A DNA stretch of 64,000 bases from a virus (IMGVR_UViG_2829740473_000003:3016-67015); one strand, 5' to 3'. Shown: positions 1 to 9,965, counted from the first letter of the stretch. The notes: a model not told the origin generated them from the sequence alone. Made by a program: numbers and translations.

Positions 1-301
1 CGATTGTGGGCAGACCGTGGTATAGTCGAGCAGTCCGCTCTAGGAATGCGCCTAGTCGGACCGAGCCGGGCGGTTCTCTGCCACGGCCGCCCGGCTCGCC
101 TTAAAGGTACGAAAGGCCGCCAGGAGTCGGCGACGCAGAACGAAGCGTCTTTGCTGCCCCAATTCGGTGAACGATCGGCGGACAGCGTTACCACCATCGG
201 TAGTATCTGCTTCCTTGCACCAATTCCCACGGTTGCGCTAAGTTGCGGCGCCTGTCACGGGAGGCAGGCTTGCCCAAGGGCTGGTTGGTCGGGGAATAAA
301 A

Positions 302-1015
302 ATGACAAACGGCAGCTTAAAACGTCTCCATCTAGGGGCCTCCTCGCTAGAATTGTTATCTCAGACGCCTACTGCCGAGTTCATCGACTCGTCATGGGTT
401 CATCTTGGAGATGAACCCAACTATGATGCGCGCTCCGATACGGGCACCATCAAGTCAAAAGCAAGATCTATTGCGAAGAGAATCTTACGCAAGGGCCGTG
501 TGGTCAAGTCGGACGGGGCTAGTGATCTATATAGAAAGACAGATTTCAGGCAGTGGATGTTTAATAGTGGTGATAAACTTCCATTCGACGATAATAGAAT
601 TTCCTTCATTTATTCAGAGCACGTCCTTGAACATTTTCGCTTTGACATCGCAGTTGAATTGCTGGCGGAGTCCTATCGGGTGCTTCAGCCCGGAGCAGTA
701 ATCCGCACCGTTGTCCCAGATGCGGATTATCGGACTTATGAGGCGCCCGAGCCGGTTGGATATCCAGGCCGCGCTTTGGCGTTCAATCACCCGAACAAGC
801 ACAAAGTCCGGTGGAACGCCTATATGCTTGGAAGGACGCTCGCTTTTGTTGGCCTGAAGCCCGTCAATATCGTGTGGTGCGATGAAAGCGGAAATTACAT
901 CAGAAACAATCCCGCAGAGATTTATGAACCAAACAGCGTCGACTTCGCAATGTCCTCGACTCTACGCTACGTTCAGCGGCCAACGTCTTTGATCGTCGAT
1001 GGCGTAAAAGCCTGA
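302..1015 (+). CDS. Class I SAM-dependent methyltransferase (Methyltransf_11-like), phage moron
   Basis: LPF..FIYSEHVLEHF..LLAESYRVLQPGAVIRTVVPD motif; visibly AT-richer than its flanks; opposite strand to the late operon. Confidence 0.75.
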   Translation: MTNGSLKRLHLGASSLELLSQTPTAEFIDSSWVHLGDEPNYDARSDTGTIKSKARSIAKRILRKGRVVKSDGASDLYRKTDFRQWMFNSGDKLPFDDNRISFIYSEHVLEHFRFDIAVELLAESYRVLQPGAVIRTVVPDADYRTYEAPEPVGYPGRALAFNHPNKHKVRWNAYMLGRTLAFVGLKPVNIVWCDESGNYIRNNPAEIYEPNSVDFAMSSTLRYVQRPTSLIVDGVKA

Positions 1016-1036
1016 CGCGCGAAGCGCGTTTGTTTG
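1016..1036 (+). terminator. Intrinsic terminator of the methyltransferase gene
   Basis: ACGCGC-GAA-GCGCGT hairpin followed by TTGTTT immediately after the stop codon. Confidence 0.5.
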
Positions 1037-1040
1037 ACGC

Positions 1041-1274
1041 TCATGCCAGCTCGTAGCCTAGGGCTACGAGCGCGGCTGCCGGCGAGAGAACCGGCTCATT
1101 TGGGAGAAGCGGCGCGGCGTGCTCCTGCCCATCCGACCCGACCCCAAGCAACCACATACGGCCCGATGATGCATGGTAGGCAAGGCGCATGAAAGAGAGC
1201 CCGTCAGAGAAAGGTAGGATCGGCTCGGACAGGTCGTAATAGCCGTCCTGCGCGAGGGTTGCGGTCTTGCTCAT
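1041..1274 (-). CDS. Hypothetical phage protein (77 aa), last visible gene of the late operon
   Basis: ATG at 1274 (MSKTATLAQDGYY) preceded by an AGGAGA RBS, just downstream of the SGNH gene. Confidence 0.6.
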   Translation of the reverse strand: MSKTATLAQDGYYDLSEPILPFSDGLSFMRLAYHASSGRMWLLGVGSDGQEHAAPLLPNEPVLSPAAALVALGYELA

Positions 1275-1285
1275 GTCGGGTCTCC

Positions 1286-2722
1286 TCAAGCCACCAGAGG
1301 CAGCATTTCGTTGGCGTAGGCGGAGGCCATGCGGCCGGCGAAGTACATAGTCCCCTTGTCGACGGGATGGACGTTGTCGCCGCCGATGTACTGACTGATG
1401 TTGGAGGACCAGCTGTAGCTCGCGTTGTTGTGCGAGCCGGTCAGCCACGGTGGCGTGGCGGTGACCAAGGACTTGTAGAAGATGTTTTGCCCCGGTCGGG
1501 CGTCACATGCCGCCTTGATTGCTGCGTCCACAGCTTGGATGCTGGAGTAGCTGCCGGAGATGGGCGCCGGACCGAACCAAAAGATCGGCGCGGAACTTCC
1601 CGGTTGGCCTCCCGCGCCGCCCCGGATCGCATCGATGCAAGCCAGAGCCTCCGCCGTGATCGCTGCCTGGTTGGAGCCAATATCGTTGGTGGATCCCTGG
1701 AGAAAGATTACATCAGGCTTCAGAGCAAGAAGCTGGGGCACCCGTTCTCGGTAGGTATAGTAGGGGCCGGTGCCGGGGTTAAGAAGCCCGGTGCCACCGA
1801 TTCCCAATCGCCACATGTCATCAACGCCGATGAGCCGCCCGAAGTGTTCGGGGAGCGTGTCGCCGAGGATAAATGGGCCATAGCTCGATCCGGCAAGATA
1901 GCTGTCGCCGAGAGCCCCGCCGCGGAGCGTACCGGGGCTCGGTGCCGGCCAGATCTGGTCGGCCGAAGTGATTGCAATTTGCATGAACGTTGCGTTGTCG
2001 CGCCCGTAGTGGATTTCCCACAGGCGCGGCTTGCGCGTGCCCCAGTCGACAACCTCCCAAAAATTGGATGCCGCAAACGGATAGATCGGTCCCGCCGTCA
2101 GAGGGCGGCCGTCACAGAAGATCCGCATGCCCGCAGTGCCGGACGGGGCTTCAAACCCGATCTTAGGGGCGTCGGACCAGAACGCGACGAAGCCTCCGCG
2201 CTGTACGGCGCCACCAACCCCGATCGTGAAGACGTTGAGGTAGGCCCGATTGGTCGCATACTGCGCGGGCGCGCACCCATTGAAAGTGAACAGGGCACGG
2301 TTTGCCCACACATCGAGCGCCGTCAATCCCGCTGGTGTACTGGTCGAATTGGTCGGCGTGAGTATAGGCTTGGCGGGGTCGTCGGCCGCATCCCAGGAGG
2401 GGCCACCGAGATGGGTCCATAGCACCCCCCCATCGCTGACGGCAGCGCCGCTGGTGTGGGTAGGCTCGGTCGCGCCGCAGGTTCCAGCACTTCCCGCGAC
2501 ATACCATTGCGCAGCGGAGTTCTTCCGCACATCGCCTTGCTTCACTGCCTGCAGGGGCACCCATGCGGATGGGCCCTCCCACGGCCGCGTCCACAATGGA
2601 CGGCCAGCCGCAAGCGCCTGCTGAAGGCGGGTCTTGAGGGCGGCGCTGCTGGTGCCCCAGTTTTGGGCGGTCTGCTCAGGGCTCGCCGCCAGCCCCAGTG
2701 CCAGAGTGCCGATCGCGCTCAT
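1286..2722 (-). CDS. SGNH/GDSL hydrolase-domain tail-associated protein
   Basis: Blocks GDSY, GIGGTG, GSTND and DNVHP; N-terminal W...GD...W...G carbohydrate-binding-like segment. Confidence 0.75.
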   Translation of the reverse strand: MSAIGTLALGLAASPEQTAQNWGTSSAALKTRLQQALAAGRPLWTRPWEGPSAWVPLQAVKQGDVRKNSAAQWYVAGSAGTCGATEPTHTSGAAVSDGGVLWTHLGGPSWDAADDPAKPILTPTNSTSTPAGLTALDVWANRALFTFNGCAPAQYATNRAYLNVFTIGVGGAVQRGGFVAFWSDAPKIGFEAPSGTAGMRIFCDGRPLTAGPIYPFAASNFWEVVDWGTRKPRLWEIHYGRDNATFMQIAITSADQIWPAPSPGTLRGGALGDSYLAGSSYGPFILGDTLPEHFGRLIGVDDMWRLGIGGTGLLNPGTGPYYTYRERVPQLLALKPDVIFLQGSTNDIGSNQAAITAEALACIDAIRGGAGGQPGSSAPIFWFGPAPISGSYSSIQAVDAAIKAACDARPGQNIFYKSLVTATPPWLTGSHNNASYSWSSNISQYIGGDNVHPVDKGTMYFAGRMASAYANEMLPLVA

Positions 2723-3045
2723 GCCGAGATCCTTACGTTGGCGGCGCCCGAGAAGTCAGCGCCGGCGGTCCACCGCCAGCTGACACCCGCCTCGCTCTCC
2801 TCGGCCGGCGTGCAGCCGATGCGCTTGGCGACATAAAGCTGCGTGTTGCCCACCACGATGGGCACCCAGTTGACGCCCCCATCCGGCGAGCGCTCGAGGT
2901 AGAGCGAGCCGGTCCACGAGGAGCCGGGAAGCACCCATGCGGAGAAGGGCCAGGAAACAAGCCCGCCCCGCCTGCTTTCGCTGGGGGTGAATGGCGCGCT
3001 GCTCCCCGGGCCGGAGAGCGTGGCCTGCACTGCGTCGATGCTCAT
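2719..3045 (-). CDS. Hypothetical phage protein (108 aa, beta-rich)
   Basis: ORF with a 4-bp overlap into the SGNH gene; GGGAG RBS upstream. Confidence 0.65.
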   Translation of the reverse strand: MSIDAVQATLSGPGSSAPFTPSESRRGGLVSWPFSAWVLPGSSWTGSLYLERSPDGGVNWVPIVVGNTQLYVAKRIGCTPAEESEAGVSWRWTAGADFSGAANVRISA

Positions 3046-3089
3046 GATTTCACTCCCTCGAATGCGAGGCCCGCGCGCGGGCTAGATCG

Positions 3090-3428
3090 TCACGCCGCGC
3101 CCGGCGCCGCGGGCGGGTCGAGAACGTCGACGAGAGGGCCGAGCACGGCGGTCGGCCAGGCCGTGTTGGCGCACTCCTTGAGCAGCACCACGTCCTCGGC
3201 CGAAAGGTCGGCATAGTCGCCGGCCGCCTCGATCGTCTTGGCAAGACGGTGCCGGCGCATCTTCTGATCGAGGGTCTGATCGCGCTCGCGCGGGCCGACG
3301 GCGAGGAGTGCGCCGGTGCAGGCATAGCGCACCGTCACCGGCTCCGGATCGGAGCCCGCCGGGCCGGGCGGCGTGAGGATCGGCTTGCCGGAAACATCCC
3401 GCAGCTCCTGCGCCAGGTTCACTTTCAT
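3090..3428 (-). CDS. Small protein after the tail fibre, possible fibre assembly factor
   Basis: Start MKVNLAQEL overlaps the fibre stop codon (ATGA); position is typical of fibre chaperones. Confidence 0.55.
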   Translation of the reverse strand: MKVNLAQELRDVSGKPILTPPGPAGSDPEPVTVRYACTGALLAVGPRERDQTLDQKMRRHRLAKTIEAAGDYADLSAEDVVLLKECANTAWPTAVLGPLVDVLDPPAAPGAA

Positions 3429-5284
3429 TGCAGCACCTTCTTCGTCTTGAGGGTCTGGTTTTCGCGCGCGAGCGCCTGCACGGCGCCCCACAGCAGGGCC
3501 ACCTGCGCATTGAGGTTCACCGCGTCCCGGGCGCAGCCTTCGGGGCGCGTGACTGCGAGGCGAGGATCAAAGCCCGCCTCTTCCATCACGTCGGAGAGCC
3601 CCTTGATGCTTCCCGCATTGCGCGAGGAAACGCCCAGCCGCCGGGGCGCGGGACCATGGGCGGCTTCGTCTCGATAGGTCCACGAACACAGATCCGTGCC
3701 CGTCACGACCGAGAGCATGCGGCTCGCTTCATCCACGATGGCGAGCCCATCCTTGCTGTCCGGGTCCGACACGGTGTGAACCGTGCCGTTCATCTCGATA
3801 TAGGCGCCGGACGATGTGCCGAACGCATAGGTCCAGGAGCCGGCCGAGCCATTGCCGGCGTAGAAGGCGACGCCCACGTTGGAAAGCTCTTCGGCAATGG
3901 CAATGACGCCGTTGATCTTGCCGCCGAAATAGTCCGTGAGGCCGTTCCATCGTCCGGCAAGGATCTGGATGCGCCCCGCCGCCCACGTGCCGGAGCCCGA
4001 GACGGTCGCTCCGCCGCCGGCATTGAGGACGAACCGCGCCTCTTCCCAGGCGCCGAAGCTGGTCAGATCCCCCTCAAGCCACGCCTGCCCTTGGATGGCC
4101 GCAGTGTCGCCTGCCGAATAGCCTGCGGCGGAATAGTCCCGCGACCCGGTGTAGCCGCCCTTCACGAAGATGCCGAGGCCGCTGGTCTGCCCCTCGATCG
4201 CGAGGTTTGGCTTGATGCGGGACAGACCGAGCGCATAGCTCGTTTCGGCATAGTGGCCCGAGCCCGTCGCCGCCGAGCGATCAACGATATGGACCGCATA
4301 GCGGTCATAGGCCACCTGAATGGTCCAGTCGGCATAGGTTCCGGAGCCGACACACGTGGTGATGGAGCAGGTGAGGGTGGTGCCGCTGTAGGAGGTGATC
4401 GTGCCGACCATGTAGGCGGTGCCCGCCGCCGTGGCGGACTTGATCGTCACCACCTTGCCCACCACGGGGGTGGTGAGGCCGGACGCGATGGTGAACACCT
4501 TCGTGCCGGTCCCGAAAGCCAGCGACGTGCTGGAGGCGATGCGCGCGGCCGTCAGATAGGCGCTCTCCGAATAGGAGAAGCGGGCCGCTGCCACGCCGTC
4601 GTTCGGGCTGGTCACATAGTGCGGCAGGTATTTGTCGGCCGTGGACAGCGTTTGAACCCGGCCGTCCGTCCAGATCTGCTTGCCGTTGAGGTTGAAATAT
4701 CCGGCCGTGTCGAGGTTAAACCCGCCCGCGGCATTCATATAGATGATGCCGGCGCCGACCGTCTGGATGGCGATGTTGCCATCGCCGCGCTGCAGAAGGC
4801 TCACATCGCCGTTCGGCCCGGAATTTCGGATGATCCGGAACTCATAGTCCGTCGAATCCTGCGCATGGAAATCGATGTAGGCGACGCGGTTTCCGGTGGC
4901 GAGCGACCCGCCGATCTCCAGAAACTGGACGTACCCAACATCCTGCTGCGCCTGCAGGCCCGCACGCCCGGTGGACTGCGAGTTGCCCCCCGTGCCGCCG
5001 TTCGCCACAGCGATGATGCCGTCGGCGTTCGGGTCATAGGTGGAGCGCAGCATGTCGCCGCCGCCAGGGAGCGCCACCCATTGCACGGCGTAGTCGGCCG
5101 CCGAGGACTTCGCCAGCACATAGCCGGTATTGCCGCCCGCTGGCAGAAGCCGGCTCCCGATTGAGGCGGTCACCTCGGCGAGGCCGGTCCACAATGCGGC
5201 GATGGCGTCGTAAACGCCACCGGCATAGGCATTTCCGCCAATGTCGGTGTCCGGATATGTCGGCGGGTAGACCGGCGTCACCAT
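3425..5284 (-). CDS. Tail fibre with C-terminal intramolecular chaperone (peptidase S74-like)
   Basis: Likely start MVTPVYPP; fibre motifs IAVANGGTG, YIDFH..DYEFRI, TSLAFGTGTKVF; C-terminal VSD..K motif and coiled-coil end (VALLWGAVQALAREN). Confidence 0.8.
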   Translation of the reverse strand: MVTPVYPPTYPDTDIGGNAYAGGVYDAIAALWTGLAEVTASIGSRLLPAGGNTGYVLAKSSAADYAVQWVALPGGGDMLRSTYDPNADGIIAVANGGTGGNSQSTGRAGLQAQQDVGYVQFLEIGGSLATGNRVAYIDFHAQDSTDYEFRIIRNSGPNGDVSLLQRGDGNIAIQTVGAGIIYMNAAGGFNLDTAGYFNLNGKQIWTDGRVQTLSTADKYLPHYVTSPNDGVAAARFSYSESAYLTAARIASSTSLAFGTGTKVFTIASGLTTPVVGKVVTIKSATAAGTAYMVGTITSYSGTTLTCSITTCVGSGTYADWTIQVAYDRYAVHIVDRSAATGSGHYAETSYALGLSRIKPNLAIEGQTSGLGIFVKGGYTGSRDYSAAGYSAGDTAAIQGQAWLEGDLTSFGAWEEARFVLNAGGGATVSGSGTWAAGRIQILAGRWNGLTDYFGGKINGVIAIAEELSNVGVAFYAGNGSAGSWTYAFGTSSGAYIEMNGTVHTVSDPDSKDGLAIVDEASRMLSVVTGTDLCSWTYRDEAAHGPAPRRLGVSSRNAGSIKGLSDVMEEAGFDPRLAVTRPEGCARDAVNLNAQVALLWGAVQALARENQTLKTKKVLQ

Positions 5285-5288
5285 GCCA

Positions 5289-8200
5289 TCAACTCCAACT
5301 GAAGGATGCTTCGCCGCGCTGGCCTGCGCCGCCGTTCTGCACACCGCCGACACCGCCGGCGCCAGCGGCACCCACCACCACGGCCATGACGGTGCCGGGC
5401 ACCAGATCACCGCGGGCATAGGTCCGCTGGCGCCGTGCCCCGGAACCGGTGCCGGAGGTGAGGTAGGGCGTGCTCGAAATCGTCCGGTATGCGCCGGAGG
5501 CGCCGGCACCCGGCGCCGTGCCCTGAAGGCCGTTGCCGTTCGCCGTCACCGCCGCACCGCCGGTTCCCGTCGTGCCGACCGCATCGCCGCCCTTGCCCGT
5601 GGCGGTCGTGCCCGTGGGGACACCACCGGCATTGCCGTTGGAGCCGCTACCCGCCCCGGACCCGACGCCGCCGAGCCCCGCCGTCAGGCGGTTGGCGGGC
5701 ACCTGCGAGCCGCCCGCCACCATTCCGTCGAAGGTGGTATCGCCGCCCGCCGTGCCCGCCGGAAAGGTGGAGGTGTTGGTGATGCCGTGGGAGCCGGCCG
5801 AGGCGCCCACCAGCGTCACCGTCAGGCTGGTTTCATAGTTCGGGACGACGAAATAGAAGGCGCCGTCGTGGTCGTAGATTTGCGAGCCGGGGGCATCGAA
5901 GGTGCCCGCCGCCGTCCGCACCAGATCCGGCGCCTCATCCACGGCCACGATCGAGAATGTCAGGTCTTCATTGGGCGTGACGCCGAACACCAGAAGGCGC
6001 TTCGTCTCTTCGTCCACCGGCCCCCAGAAGATCAGGGAGCCATCCTCCGCCTCGCCGATGGCGGGCACCGCCTCGGTATCCCACCCCGATGCGACCGTGA
6101 CGGTTGCGTCCGGCACCGGCGTCTGCAGGGTGACGGTTTCGTGCCAGCCCATTCCCTCGGTGATGCGGTGCGTCGAAAACGTGCCGTCCTGCCGCCGGAT
6201 GATGATGCCGACGGGGCCGAGCACGCCCACATCCGCAAGGCTGTCCACCTCGCTCATGTCCGTGATGGCGCCGAAGCTTGCCGCCGTCACATAGATCGCG
6301 GCATCGAGCACCAGCCCGGTCACATTGCCGCCGGAAGTGATTTTCGCCTTCACCCGGGCCGAGCCGGCTTGTCGGGTGAGCACGTCGTGGGTAAGCCCGA
6401 TCAGGTCGCCGCGGCGGCAGACGATGGCCTCGGCGGGGGCGTCGAAATAGTAATAGGTGCCGCGCGCCACAGCCTGCGCCAGGTCGAAGCGCGCCCGCGC
6501 CACGGCCTGCGGCTCGGTCACGATGCCGGAATAGGTGACATTTTCCAGATTGGCGCCGGTCGCGCCCTCGCGCATGACGACGATCTGCTGTTGCTCAAAG
6601 TCGGCGGACTTGTCGGAATAGGTGACGCGGAAGCCATCCGGGAGCCGGGCAAAGGCCCGCTCCCATTTGAAATTCGCGCTGTTGCGCGGCGAGAACACCT
6701 GCACCGGCGCGTCCGCGCTGCGGTCCCGGTCCTCATAGACGCCCCACACCTCGCTCTGCGTCGGCCGGGCATAGCCGCAGGAGCCGATCAGTGTCAGAGT
6801 CTCCTGAATGCTGGAGCCCTGCACGATCGCATCGCAGGTGTAGCCCTCGGCGGCGCAGCTGTTGCGCCAGTCCAGCAACGCATCCTCGTCGATGAGGTCC
6901 GCCTCGATCGGGTCCGCATTGAGCGACCCCGCCAGCACGAAGCGGTAATGATAGGCGGGATTGCTGGTGGTGACCCACGGGCCGGCAAGAGCATCAAGGT
7001 CCGGAACCCAGCCGGATGCCAGGACGGAGACATTCTCGATCGCGCGGTTCTTTGCCCTGATGGCGATCAGCGCATCACCGGCCATCTGCACCGGGTGCTG
7101 ATCCCATTCTGACTGACACCGGATGAAGTAAGCCGATCCGAAGAAGTCGTCGTCGTTCGGGATCTTGTAAGCGCCACCCGTCGTCTGATATCCGAAATAA
7201 TCGAGAACGCCGATAATGGAATAGCTGTACGATGTCAGGTTGTGCGACTGCTTGGCGATAAGACAGCCGCGCTTGTACTGGATTTCATAAGTCGTCTTCG
7301 GGAACAAGTCCGGGTCGAGATAGAATGTTACGCTGTCGCCCGTCATGTGCGTGTGCAGAACGCCGCTGGCGGCGGTCGTGCCGCTCGAAAGGTAAGGCTG
7401 CGTCTTGCTCGGGTCGCTGAAATAGCTGTGCGCCGCCCAGCCGCCGAGGCCGATGGGCGCGACCGTCTGCGCGGGCACCGTGCGATAGGCATAGACCCAG
7501 CCCTTGTTCCCGGGCGGGTCCGGCACCGCCGGCTCGGTTCCCCAATCGATAATCACCTCGCCCTTTTTCGGCGGCTGGCGGCGAGAGGAGAACATCACCT
7601 CGGGAAGGTTGATCCAGCCCGTGCCCCCGCGCGGCCGGATGCGGAAGCGAAAGGGCATGAGCACGAGGGCGTTTTCGTTGTCCGGGTTGGACGTGCCGAT
7701 GCCCTGCGGAAAGTCCAGGCGAATGCGGGCGCGATCGGGCGCCTTGCGGGTGGCGACCGTCTGCCATTTCGGGATGCTGTTGGCCGGCGTCGTCTGGTCT
7801 TCCAGCTTCGTGACATTATCGGGGTCGAGCGCGTGCCCGCTCACCTCGCCGGATGCGCCGGTGATGCGCACCTGCCGATCCACGAGGGTCAGGGGCGCAT
7901 CCCCGCTCCACCCCTCGCGGGTCTCGTATTCCAGATCGTCGGCATCCTCGATATCGGCGTCACCGATGCGGATGGCCTCAAGCTTGTGCGGGCCAGCCAG
8001 CGCGCCGACGATGGACACGAATTCGTCCTGCCCGATCACCTGATAAAAGGGATCGGTGATGAGCGCGGGGAACACGCGGAACGTGCCGAGCACGCGCGGC
8101 AAGGGCTCGCCGGGGTCGATCAGGTTGCCCGAGGCGGACGCCGTGCCCTTGTTCTTCGTCTTGCGGTTGGTATCCGGCTCGCTTGGCGGTGCCGTGAGGG

Positions 8201-8663
8201 CGCCGATGGCGAGGGAGCCCACAAGGCCAACCGCACCCGCCGCCAGCTGCGCCCCGAATGTGCCGCCGGCGATGATTCCGGGAATGCCGATGCTCGCGAT
8301 GCCCGCCGTCGCCACCACAAGCGCCAGGGCCGCCACCACGCCGATGATGGACTTTGAACTGTCTCCGCCGTTGCTGTCTCCCGAGCCGCGCGGGCGCAGG
8401 TGGAACGTGACATAGGTGGGGTGCTCGGGATCGAGCGAGGGGCGCGGGCGCACGCGGTGCCAGTGCTCACGCGGGATCACGTTCCCGCTGATCTGCACAT
8501 CGCCATGGCGCTCGAAATGCTTGGGCAGGCCGGGCGTGGTGGCGACAAGCTCGCCGATGGTCGGCCCGAACGCCTCGTAGCGTTGCCCATAGGCCCCGAT
8601 GAAGGGGCCACCATAGGCGACGGAATAGACGGGGACGCCCTCAGGGGGCCGATCGTGCCTCAC
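5289..8663 (-). CDS. Tail tip / host-specificity protein (TipJ-like) with Gly-rich C-terminal extension
   Basis: 1124 aa after NlpC/P60; PLPRVLG, SNPA, RGDLI motifs; GTG start overlapping the upstream TGA. Confidence 0.85.
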   Translation of the reverse strand: MRHDRPPEGVPVYSVAYGGPFIGAYGQRYEAFGPTIGELVATTPGLPKHFERHGDVQISGNVIPREHWHRVRPRPSLDPEHPTYVTFHLRPRGSGDSNGGDSSKSIIGVVAALALVVATAGIASIGIPGIIAGGTFGAQLAAGAVGLVGSLAIGALTAPPSEPDTNRKTKNKGTASASGNLIDPGEPLPRVLGTFRVFPALITDPFYQVIGQDEFVSIVGALAGPHKLEAIRIGDADIEDADDLEYETREGWSGDAPLTLVDRQVRITGASGEVSGHALDPDNVTKLEDQTTPANSIPKWQTVATRKAPDRARIRLDFPQGIGTSNPDNENALVLMPFRFRIRPRGGTGWINLPEVMFSSRRQPPKKGEVIIDWGTEPAVPDPPGNKGWVYAYRTVPAQTVAPIGLGGWAAHSYFSDPSKTQPYLSSGTTAASGVLHTHMTGDSVTFYLDPDLFPKTTYEIQYKRGCLIAKQSHNLTSYSYSIIGVLDYFGYQTTGGAYKIPNDDDFFGSAYFIRCQSEWDQHPVQMAGDALIAIRAKNRAIENVSVLASGWVPDLDALAGPWVTTSNPAYHYRFVLAGSLNADPIEADLIDEDALLDWRNSCAAEGYTCDAIVQGSSIQETLTLIGSCGYARPTQSEVWGVYEDRDRSADAPVQVFSPRNSANFKWERAFARLPDGFRVTYSDKSADFEQQQIVVMREGATGANLENVTYSGIVTEPQAVARARFDLAQAVARGTYYYFDAPAEAIVCRRGDLIGLTHDVLTRQAGSARVKAKITSGGNVTGLVLDAAIYVTAASFGAITDMSEVDSLADVGVLGPVGIIIRRQDGTFSTHRITEGMGWHETVTLQTPVPDATVTVASGWDTEAVPAIGEAEDGSLIFWGPVDEETKRLLVFGVTPNEDLTFSIVAVDEAPDLVRTAAGTFDAPGSQIYDHDGAFYFVVPNYETSLTVTLVGASAGSHGITNTSTFPAGTAGGDTTFDGMVAGGSQVPANRLTAGLGGVGSGAGSGSNGNAGGVPTGTTATGKGGDAVGTTGTGGAAVTANGNGLQGTAPGAGASGAYRTISSTPYLTSGTGSGARRQRTYARGDLVPGTVMAVVVGAAGAGGVGGVQNGGAGQRGEASFSWS

Positions 8664-9091
8664 GCCAAGGCCTCATGCCGGAAAGTCCCTTCCCGCCGCC
8701 AACGGACTTGCGGCGCGCGGGAAACAGGGACGATGACGGCGGACGTGGCCGCCTCCACATGCAGGACGTGGGCGGCATCCACCATGACGCCGACGTGCAG
8801 GGGCTTGCCGCGCATCACCAGCACATCAAAGGGCCGGGGCGCGCCGGTGACCGGGAGCCAGGGCGCGCCCGCGCTGTCCTCCCGGATGCGCTCGGTCACC
8901 CGTGCCACGTCGTGGGCGGAGATCTCGCCATAGGTCGGCAGATTGATGCCGATCACCTCGCGGTAGACGAGATGCACGAGGCCCCAGCAGTCGCAGCCGG
9001 CGCGATCGCGCCCGCCGTCGACGAAAGGGATACCGACATAGGGGGTCGACCACCCGTCCGGAGCCGGGTGGCACACCGTCAATGATGGCAT
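8660..9091 (-). CDS. NlpC/P60 family tail tip protein
   Basis: YVGIPF..GRDRAGCDCWGLV..HVGV..VLH catalytic motif. Confidence 0.9.
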   Translation of the reverse strand: MPSLTVCHPAPDGWSTPYVGIPFVDGGRDRAGCDCWGLVHLVYREVIGINLPTYGEISAHDVARVTERIREDSAGAPWLPVTGAPRPFDVLVMRGKPLHVGVMVDAAHVLHVEAATSAVIVPVSRAPQVRWRREGTFRHEALA

Positions 9092-9100
9092 GGCGTCAGG

Positions 9101-9610
9101 TCACCGATAGAGGCCGGGAAACTTGTCCTGCGTGGCGAGGCGGGCCGGGAAGGAGTCCTGCGAATAGTCCCGGCTAATGACGTCGCCGGTGATCATCATG
9201 GCGTCCACCGACACGTTGGCGAGGCGCAGGTGGTTGGCGCTGTACTCGACGGGCGGGGTGCCCAATGGCGTGCGCGGGTCGGCTGTCTGGTCAAATTCCG
9301 ACGCCGCCACCAGATCGAGCCGGAGGCGCGCCGTGGAGGACAGGGCGCGCAGCTTGTCGCCGATCGCGCGATCGACGTTCTGCACCTCGATCTGGCATTT
9401 CGGCGCACCCTCGTCATCGGAGAGCAGCTGCATCTTGAAGGGAAAGCCGATCCAGTCCTCGCCCTGCCATGAATAGTCCACCCCGTCGCTCGCCACCCGG
9501 ATCGGAGCGGCGAGGTCGTCATGATCGATGGTGAGGAAGGAGATGATCGCTTCGCCGCTCTCCTGCAGCAGAAGGGCGCGCCGGAGCGAACTGGAGATCG
9601 CGCGGGCCAT
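9101..9610 (-). CDS. DUF1833-like tail tip protein
   Basis: Position between the distal tail and NlpC genes; LTIDH..PIRVA..FPF..IEVQNVDR pattern. Confidence 0.7.
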   Translation of the reverse strand: MARAISSSLRRALLLQESGEAIISFLTIDHDDLAAPIRVASDGVDYSWQGEDWIGFPFKMQLLSDDEGAPKCQIEVQNVDRAIGDKLRALSSTARLRLDLVAASEFDQTADPRTPLGTPPVEYSANHLRLANVSVDAMMITGDVISRDYSQDSFPARLATQDKFPGLYR

Positions 9611-9963
9611 CAGGGCAGCATCCGAAGCTTCAGCGACACGTCGTAGAGGTCTACGTCCACCGTGTCATAGGCCCACGTGCCGTCCTCTATCGTCCACGTC
9701 TCGCTCGCGCCCGTGACCGGGTGGGCCATCGTGAACCGGAGAGCGCCGTCTTTCAGGTCGTTCTCGAAGAAGGAGGTGAATGTCTGCAGCTGGGCACCCG
9801 ACATGCGGAACGTCATGGTGGAAATGCGGGTGCGCACCGTGCTGCGGCGCCGGCGGATCGGCGGGCCGACCTCGGGCGTGAACGGGACCGTGTTCGGCTG
9901 GGATTGCTCACCCCAGCCATTGCGCATTGGCGCGGGAAGACCAGATGGCCATGCAGCGGTCAC
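9610..9963 (-). CDS. Distal tail protein-like
   Basis: 117 aa directly after the tape measure; WPSGLP..F..FF..DLKDGALRF..HP pattern. Confidence 0.65.
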   Translation of the reverse strand: MTAAWPSGLPAPMRNGWGEQSQPNTVPFTPEVGPPIRRRRSTVRTRISTMTFRMSGAQLQTFTSFFENDLKDGALRFTMAHPVTGASETWTIEDGTWAYDTVDVDLYDVSLKLRMLP

Positions 9964-9965
9964 TG

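Noticed and set aside
1-301. 136-aa ORF at 4-414 and a 12-bp hairpin at 62-98
   Set aside because: ORF has no motif and overlaps the methyltransferase; the hairpin is real but cannot be interpreted without the left flank
3428-7112. Long plus-strand ORFs (578 aa and 609 aa) opposite the tail fibre and TipJ genes
   Set aside because: Antisense shadow ORFs expected in high-GC DNA; Arg/Gly/His-rich nonsense composition, no motifs, fully overlap well-supported genes
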